In this document: piece after piece, positions 1-10,519 of the stretch
Numbering within the stretch: the first letter of the stretch is position 1
Layout of the letters: every line of letters begins with the position of its first letter
Assembly: GCA_040905565.1 (NCBI GenBank)
Contig: JBBDRF010000081.1
Span: forward strand, 1-64,000
DNA length: 64,000 nucleotides
DNA from: Phycisphaeraceae bacterium
Lineage (GTDB): Bacteria; Planctomycetota; Phycisphaerae; Phycisphaerales; Zrk34
Direction: 5' to 3'
Made by a program: the position numbers and the translations under genes
The notes under the pieces: generated by a model
Database searches by the model: none
What the model saw: the letters and a program-made list of their open reading frames with translations, nothing else
What the model was told of the DNA's origin: nothing

Positions 1-852
1 CTCACGGAGCAGTCGTTCGATGACGTGGATATCGCGCTGTTCTCGGCCGGCGGGTCGATCAGCAAAAAGTTCGGCCCCATTGCTGCGGCGAAAGGCTGCG
101 TGGTGGTCGATAATTCGTCCGCCTTCCGGATGGATCCCACGGTGCCCCTGGTGGTGCCGGAGGTGAACCCCGAAGCGATCGCTAATCACAAGGGCATCAT
201 CGCGAACCCGAACTGTTCGACGATCATCATGAACGTGCCGATCTGGCCGTTGCATCAGGCAGCGGGCGTGAAGCGCGTGGCGGTGAGCACCTATCAGGCA
301 GCCTCGGGGGCCGGGGCGGCGGCGATGGCGGAGCTTGAACAGCAGGCCCGCGACTGGGCCTGTGGTGATCCGATCACGCAGGACATCTTCGGCCGCCAGT
401 ACATCTGGAACCTCTTCAGCCATAACTCCCCGATCGACGTGGACAACGGCTACAACGAAGAAGAGATGAAGATGGTGAACGAGACGCACAAGATCTTCGG
501 CACCGACGCCATCGGCGTGACGGCGACGTGCGTGCGGGTGCCGGTGCTGCGGGCGCATTGTGAGTCGATCAACCTGACGTTTGAGAAGCCTTTGACCGAG
601 CAGCAGGCGCGCGAGATTCTCAGCAAGGCTCCGGGCGTGACGGTTGTGGACGACCGTGCGGGCAATGTTCATCCCGAGCCGCTTCAGGCGAGCGGGAAGG
701 ATGACGTGCTGGTCGGCCGAATTCGGCGTGACCTTTCGCAGCCCGAGGGTTACGGTCTGGAGATGTTCGTCGCGGGCGATCAGATCCGTAAGGGTGCGGC
801 GTTGAATGCCGTACAGATCGCCGAACTGCTGGTGGCCCAGGTGCCGGCTTAA
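1..852 (+). CDS. asd: Aspartate-semialdehyde dehydrogenase (5' end outside the window)
   Basis: Motifs DNSSAFRM, IANPNCST (catalytic Cys), STYQAASGAG, TCVRVPV, D-x-IRKGAALNAVQIAE. Confidence 0.97.
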   Translation, partial: LTEQSFDDVDIALFSAGGSISKKFGPIAAAKGCVVVDNSSAFRMDPTVPLVVPEVNPEAIANHKGIIANPNCSTIIMNVPIWPLHQAAGVKRVAVSTYQAASGAGAAAMAELEQQARDWACGDPITQDIFGRQYIWNLFSHNSPIDVDNGYNEEEMKMVNETHKIFGTDAIGVTATCVRVPVLRAHCESINLTFEKPLTEQQAREILSKAPGVTVVDDRAGNVHPEPLQASGKDDVLVGRIRRDLSQPEGYGLEMFVAGDQIRKGAALNAVQIAELLVAQVPA

Positions 853-867
853 CGTCGACTTTTCCCA

Positions 868-891
868 GAGCCGGGCTATCCCCAGCCCGGT
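868..891. repeat. REP-like palindrome family A, copy 1 (GAGCCGGGCTATCCCCAGCCCGGT)
   Basis: Hairpin; related copies at 39275-39298 and 46200-46223. Confidence 0.8.
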
Positions 892-977
892 GACCTGTGA
901 GCGAATACAATGGGGCCGACCCTTTTGACGGGGTCGGCCCTGTTTATTTCAGGACCGCGAGCGAGCAAGGAAACTGC

Positions 978-1292
978 ATGGCTTTGTGGGGCCTGATCAT
1001 CCCGCTGCTGATCGCGTTCGTGGTGGCGGTGGTCGTGCAGGTGCGCGGGAATCTGCGCGGGCAGCGGTACTGGGCTTCTTGCCTGCGGGCGGGGCTGATC
1101 TTCGGCATGATCCACTTCGTGTACACAGGCGTACTCAGCTTGCGGCTTGATGCGCTCGACGTAGACGTTCGCATCATAGTTGGGGTTCTGATCGTCGCCG
1201 TCCTCGGCGGCATGGCTGCGTTTGTGCTGGCGATGCTCGTCGGTCTCCCGCTGGCGATCGACCGCCGCCGGGAAAAGCGGCGCGAGCCCTAG
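978..1292 (+). CDS. Small hypothetical membrane protein (about 3 TM)
   Basis: Hydrophobic stretches; AAGGA before ATG 978 (ORF track starts at 897). Confidence 0.6.
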   Translation: MALWGLIIPLLIAFVVAVVVQVRGNLRGQRYWASCLRAGLIFGMIHFVYTGVLSLRLDALDVDVRIIVGVLIVAVLGGMAAFVLAMLVGLPLAIDRRREKRREP

Positions 1293-1350
1293 TCCGGGGG
1301 AGCCGATATGATGACCCCTTCGAGATCCCCCCGATAATTCCGTTTTCCCG

Positions 1351-2901
1351 GTGCCCCCAATGACTGAAGCGAACGTCCAACAACCCACCACCACCCCCAC
1401 TGCCAGCGACGCCGATGTGCAGACTGTCGCGCTGGTCAGCCTTGGCTGTCCGAAGAATCTTGTCGATAGCGAGAAGATGCTCGGGCTGCTGGCTCAGGAC
1501 GGGCTGATTCCTATCGACGACGAGACCGAAGCCGACGCGATCGTCGTCAACACCTGCGGCTTCCTCGAAGCGAGCAAGGACGAATCGCTTGGCGTGATCC
1601 GCGAAGCAGCTGAGCGGAAGAAGGCCGGGCAGAAGCAGCGGCTGATTGTGGCGGGCTGTCTGGTGCAACGCCACCGCGCGAAGATGCTGGAGTGGTGTCC
1701 CGAGATCGACGCACTCATCGGCGTGTTCGACCGTGACCGCATCACCGAAGCGGTGCGGGGTATGAAGCGGGAGCAGACGGACCTCGCGACGGATGTGCCG
1801 ACGTATTCCTCGATCGCGGCGAACGACACCGTGGCCCGCCGGGCGCGCGGCATTGAAGGCAATGGCTATCACGAATCGGACGCGGCCCGGCTTCGGCTGA
1901 CGCCTCGGCACTACGCGTACCTCCGCATCAGTGAGGGGTGCAACCAGAACTGTGCGTTCTGCACGATCCCGTCGATCCGTGGCAAGATGCGAAGCAAGCC
2001 GCTGCCGAGCCTGCTGGCGGAGACGCGGGAGCTGCTGGCGGACGGGGCGTTCGAGCTGAACATGATCGGGCAGGATACGACCAGCTTCGGCGAGGACATC
2101 GGCTACGGGGCGGGTCTTTCGGGCATGCTGCGTGAGCTTAACGACGTCGCGGCGGAGAACGGCGGGGCCTGGCTGAGGCTGATGTACGCTTACCCATCGT
2201 GCTTCACTGATGAGATGATTGATACGATCGCTGAGCTGCCGCACGTGCTGAAGTACATCGACATGCCGTTGCAGCACATCAATGACCGCGTGCTGGATTC
2301 GATGCGAAGGCGGACCAGTCGCAAGCTCATCACGACGCTGCTGGGCAAGCTAAGGGACCGCATCCCGGGCATGGCGATTCGCACGACGTTCATCACCGGC
2401 TATCCCGGTGAAACGGAAGCGGAACATCAGGAGCTGGTGGCGTTCGTTCGCGAATTCGGCTTCGACAACATGGGCGTGTTCTGCTATTCCCCCGAGCCCG
2501 GTACCGTCGCCGGTCGACTGTTCGGCGAGGGCGATGCGGTGCCCGAAGATGTCGCTGAGGCCCGCAAGGAAGAGCTGATGCTCGCCCAGCAGGAGGTCGT
2601 GTTCGCACGCAATGCGCAGCTGGCTGCGGAGGGGGCGACGTTCGATGTGCTGATCGACGACATCACCGAAGTCGAGGGCGAAGCGACGGCGGGCGTGACG
2701 GAAGACGAGGGGCGGCTGTATGTCGGCCGCACGTATCAGCAGGCACCGGATATTGACGGCCAGACTTATGTTTACGCCGCGGAGGAGTTGGCGGTGGGCG
2801 AGTTGGTGCGGTGCACGATCATCGATTCCGCGGAGTACGACCTGATCGCCCGCCCGACGGCCGAGATGCACCGCAAGGTGCAGCTGCCGATCGTGGAATA
2901 G
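1351..2901 (+). CDS. rimO: Ribosomal protein S12 methylthiotransferase RimO
   Basis: SLGCPKNLVDSE, VNTCGF, radical-SAM CNQNCAFC, C-terminal TRAM with APDIDG. Confidence 0.96.
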   Translation: MPPMTEANVQQPTTTPTASDADVQTVALVSLGCPKNLVDSEKMLGLLAQDGLIPIDDETEADAIVVNTCGFLEASKDESLGVIREAAERKKAGQKQRLIVAGCLVQRHRAKMLEWCPEIDALIGVFDRDRITEAVRGMKREQTDLATDVPTYSSIAANDTVARRARGIEGNGYHESDAARLRLTPRHYAYLRISEGCNQNCAFCTIPSIRGKMRSKPLPSLLAETRELLADGAFELNMIGQDTTSFGEDIGYGAGLSGMLRELNDVAAENGGAWLRLMYAYPSCFTDEMIDTIAELPHVLKYIDMPLQHINDRVLDSMRRRTSRKLITTLLGKLRDRIPGMAIRTTFITGYPGETEAEHQELVAFVREFGFDNMGVFCYSPEPGTVAGRLFGEGDAVPEDVAEARKEELMLAQQEVVFARNAQLAAEGATFDVLIDDITEVEGEATAGVTEDEGRLYVGRTYQQAPDIDGQTYVYAAEELAVGELVRCTIIDSAEYDLIARPTAEMHRKVQLPIVE

Positions 2902-2961
2902 CCGCGGGCTTACAGCCCGCCGGTCCCCGGCGCACCAGCGGGCTGCAAGCCCGCGGCTATT
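2897..2961. repeat. REP doublet family B (ATAGCCGCGGGCTTACAGCCCGC, inverted pair)
   Basis: Two inverted hairpins between convergent rimO and aroDE; the left unit recurs at 20051. Confidence 0.85.
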
Positions 2962-2968
2962 GAGGCGA

Positions 2969-4561
2969 TCAGCGACCGACGTTGAAAACTTCCGCTGGCG
3001 CCTGCTTCCCCGTCCACAGTTCAAACTGCGCGGCAGCCTGGCGGTTGAACATTTCGATCCCGCCGACGGTGACGCAGCCGGCTTCCTTCGCCTGCCGTAG
3101 CAGCTTGGTTTCGGTGGGGTTGTAGATGGTGTCGAAGACGACGGTCTGTGAAGTCGTCTGCTTGGGCAAAGTTTCCATCGGCGAGGCGTCGACGTCGGGG
3201 TGCATGCCGATCGGCGTGCAGTTGATGTAGATTTCGCAGCAGGTGTCGCAGAGCTTGCTCATGGGGGCGGCGACCACTTTGCCGGTCTTCCCGTTGAACG
3301 CCTTGGCCAGTTCCTCAGCTCGTGAAGCGGTGCGGTTGTAGACGACGACGGTGGCGCCGTAATGCGCGAAGCCCGCCACGATCGCCCTTGCCACGCCGCC
3401 TGCGCCGATGACGGCCACGCGTTTGCCGGCGAGGTCTTCACGCTCGATTTGCATCGCATCACAAACGGCATCAAGGGCGGCGCCGTAGTCGGTATTCGTC
3501 GCGAAAAGCGAGCCGTTCGGCCGGCGGGCGAGGGTGTTGGCGGCACCGATGCGGTCGGCCAGTTCGTCGATCTCCCCGCCCTGTTCGCGGACGAATTGCA
3601 GGAGGTGCGCTTTGTGGGGGATGGTGACCGAAGCGCCCTGGAAATCGAGGTTTTCATCGGCGACCCATTCGCCGACCGTCGCTTTGAAGTGCTCCCACTC
3701 GGGGGGAATTGGCAGGGGCAGATAGACGCCGTTGTGTCCGACGGCGTCGAAGCCGGCGTTGTGGATCTGCGGGCTTTTGGAGTGGGCGACCGGCCAGCCG
3801 ATTACGCCGAACACCTGCGTGTCGCGGTCGATCGCATCCCAGCGGTAAAGCTGTTTCATCGTCGCCACGCCGACTTGCCCGGGCGCGGTGCCGGTGTCGT
3901 CATCGAGGCCGGCGAAGGTCAGCAGGGCGCCGAACTTTTTGGCAAGCACGCGCGAGGCGAGCCCGAACTCGCCCATGCACAGCGCGATGGTCGGCTTGTA
4001 GGAAGCGCGGAGCACCTCGAAGGCTTCGAGGTTGTTTCGCAGCGACCGCGCCTGCCAGACGATTTTCATCACCCGACATTCGGGCGCTTCGAGCATCGCT
4101 TCGACGCGCTGGAGCAGGTCGGCGGGGCGCTGCTCAAAATCATGCGAGGAAAGGATCAACCCCACGCGCGCGGGATGCTCCTGGGCGGGATGGTCGACGA
4201 TGCGGGCGATGAGGTCGCGCATTTCCGGCGACCTCTGGTAGGCCAGCAGTTCGACATCAATGTAGACCGGCGGCCGGGTGACACCGTCGCCTTCGCCGCG
4301 CTCGCCGAGGAGCACATGCTGAAGGAACGCAGCACGGGTGGCCTCGTCGCCTTCGTAGTGGCCGCCTTCCCAGGTGGGTCGGCAGGTGAGGATGCAAGGC
4401 AACGGGCACTGATCGAGCAGTTCGATCAGTTCGTCCGGGGCATGCGTAAATTGTTCGACGCGCAGCTCGACAAGATCGGCTCCGCGTTCGGCGGCCAGGG
4501 CCGTTTGCGCCAGCGTCTCCGCCAGCGACCGCACCATCATGGAAACAGCAAGCTTCGTCAT
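2969..4561 (-). CDS. aroE: Bifunctional type I 3-dehydroquinate dehydratase / shikimate dehydrogenase
   Basis: N-terminal [21 protein letters not shown]-terminal HSKSP, SVTIPHK, NTDY, GAGGVA, NRT. Confidence 0.95.
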   Translation of the reverse strand: MTKLAVSMMVRSLAETLAQTALAAERGADLVELRVEQFTHAPDELIELLDQCPLPCILTCRPTWEGGHYEGDEATRAAFLQHVLLGERGEGDGVTRPPVYIDVELLAYQRSPEMRDLIARIVDHPAQEHPARVGLILSSHDFEQRPADLLQRVEAMLEAPECRVMKIVWQARSLRNNLEAFEVLRASYKPTIALCMGEFGLASRVLAKKFGALLTFAGLDDDTGTAPGQVGVATMKQLYRWDAIDRDTQVFGVIGWPVAHSKSPQIHNAGFDAVGHNGVYLPLPIPPEWEHFKATVGEWVADENLDFQGASVTIPHKAHLLQFVREQGGEIDELADRIGAANTLARRPNGSLFATNTDYGAALDAVCDAMQIEREDLAGKRVAVIGAGGVARAIVAGFAHYGATVVVYNRTASRAEELAKAFNGKTGKVVAAPMSKLCDTCCEIYINCTPIGMHPDVDASPMETLPKQTTSQTVVFDTIYNPTETKLLRQAKEAGCVTVGGIEMFNRQAAAQFELWTGKQAPAEVFNVGR

Positions 4562-4590
4562 GGCCAAAGTATAACACTGGAGGCCTCGCT

Positions 4591-4675
4591 GTTAGCGGTG
4601 GATCGCAGATCCGCGTTCGGCGTTGCGTGGTCGGTGGCACCAGGGCGCGTGGCGATCTTCGATCGCCCGCTAACG
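4591..4675. repeat. REP doublet family D (GTTAGCGGTGGATCGCAGATCCGCG ... GGCGATCTTCGATCGCCCGCTAAC)
   Basis: Both arms recur, inverted, at 8836-8900. Confidence 0.8.
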
Positions 4676-4801
4676 AACCCATCAACGCCGCCCGAATCCC
4701 CATGCGGGCAAACGTGGGGGCGCTTGAGTCGTGGTGCGTGGGCCGGTATTCTGAGCGGCTCGCACTTCGTTTACGATCAGCCGCAGAAGAAAGCCCCCGC
4801 C

Positions 4802-5722
<921 letters not shown>

Positions 5723-5778
5723 AGCTGGATGGCGCGAGCGGGAAGCGCAAGCCGACCGTCCGGCGCAACTCAGGCAAC

Positions 5779-5910
5779 GAGCCGCGCCCGTCAGGAAGCG
5801 GTTGTGCGGCGGGCAAATGCATCATGGCGATATCGTTTCTTGATGCGTGAAGACTGAGCTTGCACGGCCCGCAGAGGCTGTACGCACATCCGCTCACGGT
5901 CGCGGCTCGT
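5779..5910. repeat. REPIN/MITE-like inverted doublet, family C
   Basis: GAGCCGCGCCCGTCAGGAAGCGG ... CCGCTCACGGTCGCGGCTC; same arms at 25748-25894 and 62014-62173. Confidence 0.8.
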
Positions 5911-5919
5911 ATTGAACAT

Positions 5920-6390
5920 TTACCGCGTGGCGAGGAAGTCGCGGAGGATGGCGGCGGCGGCGAGGGCGTCACGGCGTTGCTTCTTCTGCTTGCGGGTGTA
6001 GCCGGATTGCCGCATGGCTTCGTCGGCAGCGAATGAGGTCAACCGTTCATCAACGCGGTGGACCACCAGGCCTGTTTCCGCTTCGATGCGGTCGCCCATG
6101 GCGAGGGCGCGTTGGGCGGCGGGGCCGGCATTTCCGTCCATGTCGTAGGGGACACCAAGCACGAGTTCGTCAGGGCCGTGCTCCTCGATGGCGCGTCGCA
6201 AGCCGCGCATCAAGGTCGCTTCATCGTGTGAGGGGATCATGCCGATGGGCCCGGCCTGCCCGGTGAGATCATCGCCGACGGCGAGGCCGGTGCGTTTGCC
6301 GCCGGGATCGATCGCCAGGTAACGGCGATGCGGATACACGCCCGGCGGAGTCGGCGGGGGCGGCGGAGATGGTGGCGGCGGAGCGGGCAT
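5920..6390 (-). CDS. ruvX: YqgF/RuvX family nuclease (pre-16S rRNA maturation)
   Basis: LAIDPGGKRTGLAVGD, VLGVP, VDERLTS, RDALAAAAIL. Confidence 0.92.
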   Translation of the reverse strand: MPAPPPPSPPPPPTPPGVYPHRRYLAIDPGGKRTGLAVGDDLTGQAGPIGMIPSHDEATLMRGLRRAIEEHGPDELVLGVPYDMDGNAGPAAQRALAMGDRIEAETGLVVHRVDERLTSFAADEAMRQSGYTRKQKKQRRDALAAAAILRDFLATR

Positions 6391-6481
6391 GGGCTGTCGC
6401 TGGTGCTACGGGTGAATGATGATCTTGCACATCGTAGCTTCGCCGTCGCAGCACGCCAGAGGGGGGGCTTGTGGGCGTGTG

Positions 6482-7936
6482 TCACGAATTGGCGGCGGCG
6501 CGGGCTCTGATGAACAACAGATAAAAGCACCAGAGGGTGAGCGTGGCGAGGACCAGGCAGGTGGCGAAGGTGGCGATGGTCAGGCCCCAGACGGAGTAGG
6601 CGAGCAGGCCCAGCGAGATGAAGAACGTCTTGACGCCGATGAAGCCGCACAGGTCGCGGGTCTGCGGGGCGAGGTAAAGCATGGGGCGGTTGATCGCGGC
6701 GAGCACTTTGAGCATCAGCGCCAGAGGATTCAATCGGGCGGCGAGCGAGGAAGCGGCGGGCGCGTCGGCCTCGGTATCGACGGATTTACCGGCAGATCGG
6801 GCGGCGGCGGGCTTGGGATCGTCCTCCGCACTCGGTTCGTCATCACGCTGCTGGGCTTCGTCGGCATCGAGTTCGTCGGCGACGGCCGAGGCGGAACCCT
6901 CCGGGCGAGCTGCGGGATGGCTGGCGTCGGGGTCTTCAAAATCGAGGTCGCCGGGGTCGAAAATGTCGGGGTCGCTTGACGCGGGGAAGCTGACATTTTC
7001 AGGCGGCTCGGGCGAAGCAGGCTTCTCGGCGGCCGCATGGGGCTCGGGATCGGCGGCGGCGGCCGTCGCGGCGAGTTCCTCGTCAACCATCTCGTCGATC
7101 GCCTGGTCGACCGACTGCATGTCACCAAGAATTTCGTCGTCAGGATCCGCCAGCGCGTCGTCCAGTGCCGACGGTTCCTCCTCAGTCGGCTCGTCGTCAG
7201 AAGGATCGACTGCCTCGGTCGCGGTCGGCGATGTGGCGGCTAGGGGAAGCTCGGCGGCACCGGCGGCGGTTTCGGGATCGGCGGGAGGCAGCGGCGGTGG
7301 GTCCGAAACGCCGGCGAGGGGCTCCTCGGGCTCTGTTGCGGAGGCGGCAGGCGCGGCTGGGCTTTCGAGATCATCTGACGCGGCGTCGTCTGCGGGGGAG
7401 CTGGCGATGACGTCGTCGACGGTGTCGAAATCCCCTTCAACCGCTTCCTCGCCTCCGACCGCGTCGCCATCTGAGATAGCGGCTTCCGGATCTGCCAAGC
7501 CGGCGGGATCGGCCGAGGGCGGCGGCGCAGGCTGGGACGGTGCGGACGCTTGTGCTGACTCGGGGGGAGCGAAGGGTTCGGGAGCTTCGGGAGGGGCAGG
7601 CGGCGCTTCGTAAGCGACCGACTCGCCCTCGGCGATCATGTCGTCGATGGCTTCGCTTAGATCGGTATCGTCGTCGACGCCGGCCTCGAATTCTTGATCG
7701 ATTTCGTCGGCTTCGGGTGGGTCGAATCGCTCAGATTCCTGCTGCGTTCCTTCAGGATCGGCTTCGGGGACGGCTGGGGGTGGGGAAGCGGCGGCAGGAG
7801 CCGGGGCGAAGTAGGGTTCGGGGTCAGGTGCTTCGAAGTCCGCGGGGCTGGGCGCACCGGCATCGTCCGCGTCGGCTTCGTCGTCGAGCAGCGCGTCCAG
7901 TTGTGATTCGATGTCCGGCAGGTCCTCAGCAGGCAT
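6482..7936 (-). CDS. Acidic Pro/Ala/Asp/Glu-rich disordered protein with C-terminal membrane anchor
   Basis: About 400 aa low-complexity acidic region, then two hydrophobic segments; host-like codon usage. Confidence 0.8.
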   Translation of the reverse strand: MPAEDLPDIESQLDALLDDEADADDAGAPSPADFEAPDPEPYFAPAPAAASPPPAVPEADPEGTQQESERFDPPEADEIDQEFEAGVDDDTDLSEAIDDMIAEGESVAYEAPPAPPEAPEPFAPPESAQASAPSQPAPPPSADPAGLADPEAAISDGDAVGGEEAVEGDFDTVDDVIASSPADDAASDDLESPAAPAASATEPEEPLAGVSDPPPLPPADPETAAGAAELPLAATSPTATEAVDPSDDEPTEEEPSALDDALADPDDEILGDMQSVDQAIDEMVDEELAATAAAADPEPHAAAEKPASPEPPENVSFPASSDPDIFDPGDLDFEDPDASHPAARPEGSASAVADELDADEAQQRDDEPSAEDDPKPAAARSAGKSVDTEADAPAASSLAARLNPLALMLKVLAAINRPMLYLAPQTRDLCGFIGVKTFFISLGLLAYSVWGLTIATFATCLVLATLTLWCFYLLFIRARAAANS

Positions 7937-8103
7937 GAGCAGCCCAACGTGTGGGGTTTTTCTCTATCATACGACGACCGCGCCGAGACGGAACACCCCT
8001 GTTCCGCAGTCGGTAGTATCGGCCTTCACGGAAGCGCAGTTAATCTGCGTCACGAAAACAGTAAATTTTTTCTCGACCACCAGCACAAATTCACGAGGCG
8101 TCC

Positions 8104-8829
8104 ATGCGGCGACTGTTCAGCGACAACCTCTCCACCGACCCCCTCCCGCTCGACGCCGACCAGGCTCGACACGCACGCAAGGCCCTCCGCCTGAAGCCCG
8201 GCGATGCCGTCGAACTCTTCGACGGCCAGGGCAACCTCGCCGAGGGCACGCTGCGACTGGAAGGCCGCGACGCCTCCGTCGCCGTCACCAGGAGATGGCA
8301 TGAGCCCCGCCCGAAGCCTGCGGTCACCGTGGCCGTGGCGATGCCCAAAGGCGGCCGGGCGGACATGCTCATCGAAAAAGCCAGCGAACTGGGCGCCGAC
8401 CGCATCATCCCGTTGCGCACGCAGCGTAGCATTGTCGAAGTCGGCGACGCCAAGCACGATCGCCTTCAGCGGATGGCCATCGCCAGCGCCAAGCAGAGCG
8501 GTCGGCCTCACCTGATGGAGGTCGAGGAGCCGCGGGAACTGGACGATCTGCTGGCCGAGGCGGCGCGCGAGGCATTCGATCCCAATCAACTGTTGAAGCT
8601 GATTGCGGACCCCGAGGGCGTCGGCACGGTGGGGGCGATGCAACTGCTGGGCGCACTGGGCAGCACCAAGCGCGTGCTCGTGCTGGTGGGCCCCGAAGGC
8701 GGCTGGGCGGAGCAGGAACGCCAGCAGGCGTGCGATGCGGGCTTCGTGCCTTGGCGAATGGGCCCTTATGTATTGCGCGTTGAAACGGCGGTCATGGCGG
8801 CAGTGGCGCTCTGCCGTCAAATTTTGTAA
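8104..8829 (+). CDS. rsmE: 16S rRNA m3U1498 methyltransferase
   Basis: H..KALRL, IEKASELG, VGPEGG, LRVETA. Confidence 0.95.
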   Translation: MRRLFSDNLSTDPLPLDADQARHARKALRLKPGDAVELFDGQGNLAEGTLRLEGRDASVAVTRRWHEPRPKPAVTVAVAMPKGGRADMLIEKASELGADRIIPLRTQRSIVEVGDAKHDRLQRMAIASAKQSGRPHLMEVEEPRELDDLLAEAAREAFDPNQLLKLIADPEGVGTVGAMQLLGALGSTKRVLVLVGPEGGWAEQERQQACDAGFVPWRMGPYVLRVETAVMAAVALCRQIL

Positions 8830-8835
8830 ACGATG

Positions 8836-8900
8836 CGTTAGCGGGTGATCGCAGATCGCCGTTGAATTGAAACGAGCGCGGATCTGCGATCCGCCGCTCA
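8836..8900. repeat. REP doublet family D, second copy (opposite orientation)
   Basis: Reverse complement of the arms at 4591-4675, with a different spacer. Confidence 0.8.
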
Positions 8901-8952
8901 CGAAACGGTCGGCGTTGACGAATCGTCGCGAGGTGGGGACGATGCTCAGGCT

Positions 8953-9879
8953 ATGAAGGTTTACCTTGACGGTCAGTTTATCGATGCCGAAGACGCGAAG
9001 CTGAGCATCTTCGATGCGGCGGTGCAGCACGGCGTCGGGCTATTTGAGACGATGCACGCCTACCACGGCCGTGTGTTTCAGCTCGATGCGCACATCGCCC
9101 GGCTGGTGCACAGTGCAGGCGAACTCGGGCTGACGCATCGCCTCAAAGAAAAGCCCCTGCGCGAAGCCGTCGAGATGACGCTGACGAAGAACAAGCTCAC
9201 CGAGGGTCGGCAGCGTCTAAGGCTGACCGTCACAGGTGGCGACCTCGCCATGCTCTCCGCCGCCCGCGCGGGCAAGGGGGCTGAGGCTCAGCAGCCGACC
9301 ATCTGCATCACGCCGAGCGAAGCGACCGTCTACCCCGAAGGCTTCTTCACTGAGGGCGTCACCGTCGTCATCGCCGACCCCAAGGCCAACCCGTTCGACC
9401 CGACGGCGGGGCATAAAACGATCAATTATTGGGTTCGGCTGCGATCGCTGATGCAGGCGGCGCAGGCGGGCGCCGCCGAGGCGTTGTGGTTTTCCGTGAC
9501 CAATCACCTCGCCGGCGGGGCCGTTTCCAACGCGCTGCTGGTGAAGGATGAACAGCTATATACGCCGATCGCACGGGGAGAAGAGGTTTCCGGTTCGCTG
9601 CCGTCGGCGGTGCTGCCGGGGGTGACGCGGGCGGCGGTGCTGGAGCTGGCCGAGGAGCTGGACTTGCCGGTGCACCGGAAAATGTTGACCATCAATGATG
9701 TTCTCGAAGCCGATGAATTGATGCTCACGAACACAAGTTGGGGTATCCTGCCCGTGGTGCGGGTGGAGAAGGAGACGATCGGCGACGGTCGTCTCGGAAA
9801 AACGACGCAGCAGTTGTACGAAGCGCTGCTCAAGAAGATCGGTCGTGAGTGTGCGGCCGACGACGCCGAGCCGGCGTAA
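8953..9879 (+). CDS. Class IV PLP aminotransferase (IlvE/PabC-like; possibly 4-amino-4-deoxychorismate lyase)
   Basis: G.GLFETM, HIARL, HKTINY (PLP Lys), LPGVTR. Confidence 0.88.
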   Translation: MKVYLDGQFIDAEDAKLSIFDAAVQHGVGLFETMHAYHGRVFQLDAHIARLVHSAGELGLTHRLKEKPLREAVEMTLTKNKLTEGRQRLRLTVTGGDLAMLSAARAGKGAEAQQPTICITPSEATVYPEGFFTEGVTVVIADPKANPFDPTAGHKTINYWVRLRSLMQAAQAGAAEALWFSVTNHLAGGAVSNALLVKDEQLYTPIARGEEVSGSLPSAVLPGVTRAAVLELAEELDLPVHRKMLTINDVLEADELMLTNTSWGILPVVRVEKETIGDGRLGKTTQQLYEALLKKIGRECAADDAEPA

Positions 9880-9915
9880 TTGAGCTTTGGTGATATTCCT
9901 TATTCAGGAGCCAGG

Positions 9916-10416
9916 ATGATGGGCAAGACGATTTTCTCGGGTGTGTTGGCGTTGACGCTGGTGGCGACTTTCGCGGCAGGTTGTGCTCAGCAGCAGCAGC
10001 GTCCGACGGTCCTGATGCAGAGCGATACGCTGGTCGAGCAGTTGGCGATCGTGCTGGGCGAGTCGATGGCCGCACGCCAGGAATCAGGTGCCACGCTCCC
10101 CGCGGATTACGATTCGTCGGAGTTCGCCGAGTCGGTCATCGATTCGATGCTCATGCAGCATCCTGAAGCGTTCACCGTCACGCTTGACGAGGAGCGTCGG
10201 CTCCGCGAGGGCGAGCTGGACGATGAGGCCAATGCCGAAGCGGCCGCTGCGATGGTTGCGCAGCTGCGTGATTCGAACGCGTCGTTCAACACGATCACCG
10301 AGTATCTCGTGGAGCGTCTTGAAGCCGGCGAGCTCAGCGGGCTTCAGCTTGAGCTGACCAACCGCCTGCTCGCGGCGCACCTCAGCACGCAGCTGGTGGC
10401 GGAAGAGCCTGCGTAA
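9916..10416 (+). CDS. Hypothetical lipoprotein
   Basis: Signal peptide with lipobox FAAGC; acidic helical body. Confidence 0.7.
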   Translation: MMGKTIFSGVLALTLVATFAAGCAQQQQRPTVLMQSDTLVEQLAIVLGESMAARQESGATLPADYDSSEFAESVIDSMLMQHPEAFTVTLDEERRLREGELDDEANAEAAAAMVAQLRDSNASFNTITEYLVERLEAGELSGLQLELTNRLLAAHLSTQLVAEEPA

Positions 10417-10519
10417 GACCCGCCGAACCGCTTCGGCTGCGTCTCGCTTGTGGTGCTTAAGGTAGATGAGGTACGTGCGCGCGTACCGGTTCGTGATGAA
10501 TTTGTTTTTGGAGGACGCG

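Noticed and set aside
913..940. Hairpin GGGGCCGACCC-TTTTGAC-GGGGTCGGCCCT after asd as a structured RNA
   Set aside because: Single copy in the window; adequately explained as a terminator or REP-like hairpin.
2969..4561. AroD-AroE fusion as a novelty
   Set aside because: Known architecture in planctomycetes, chlamydiae and plants.
3362..4801. Apparent 480-aa N-terminal extension of SucD
   Set aside because: Mostly the antisense of aroDE plus a repeat; SucD homology starts at ATG 4802.
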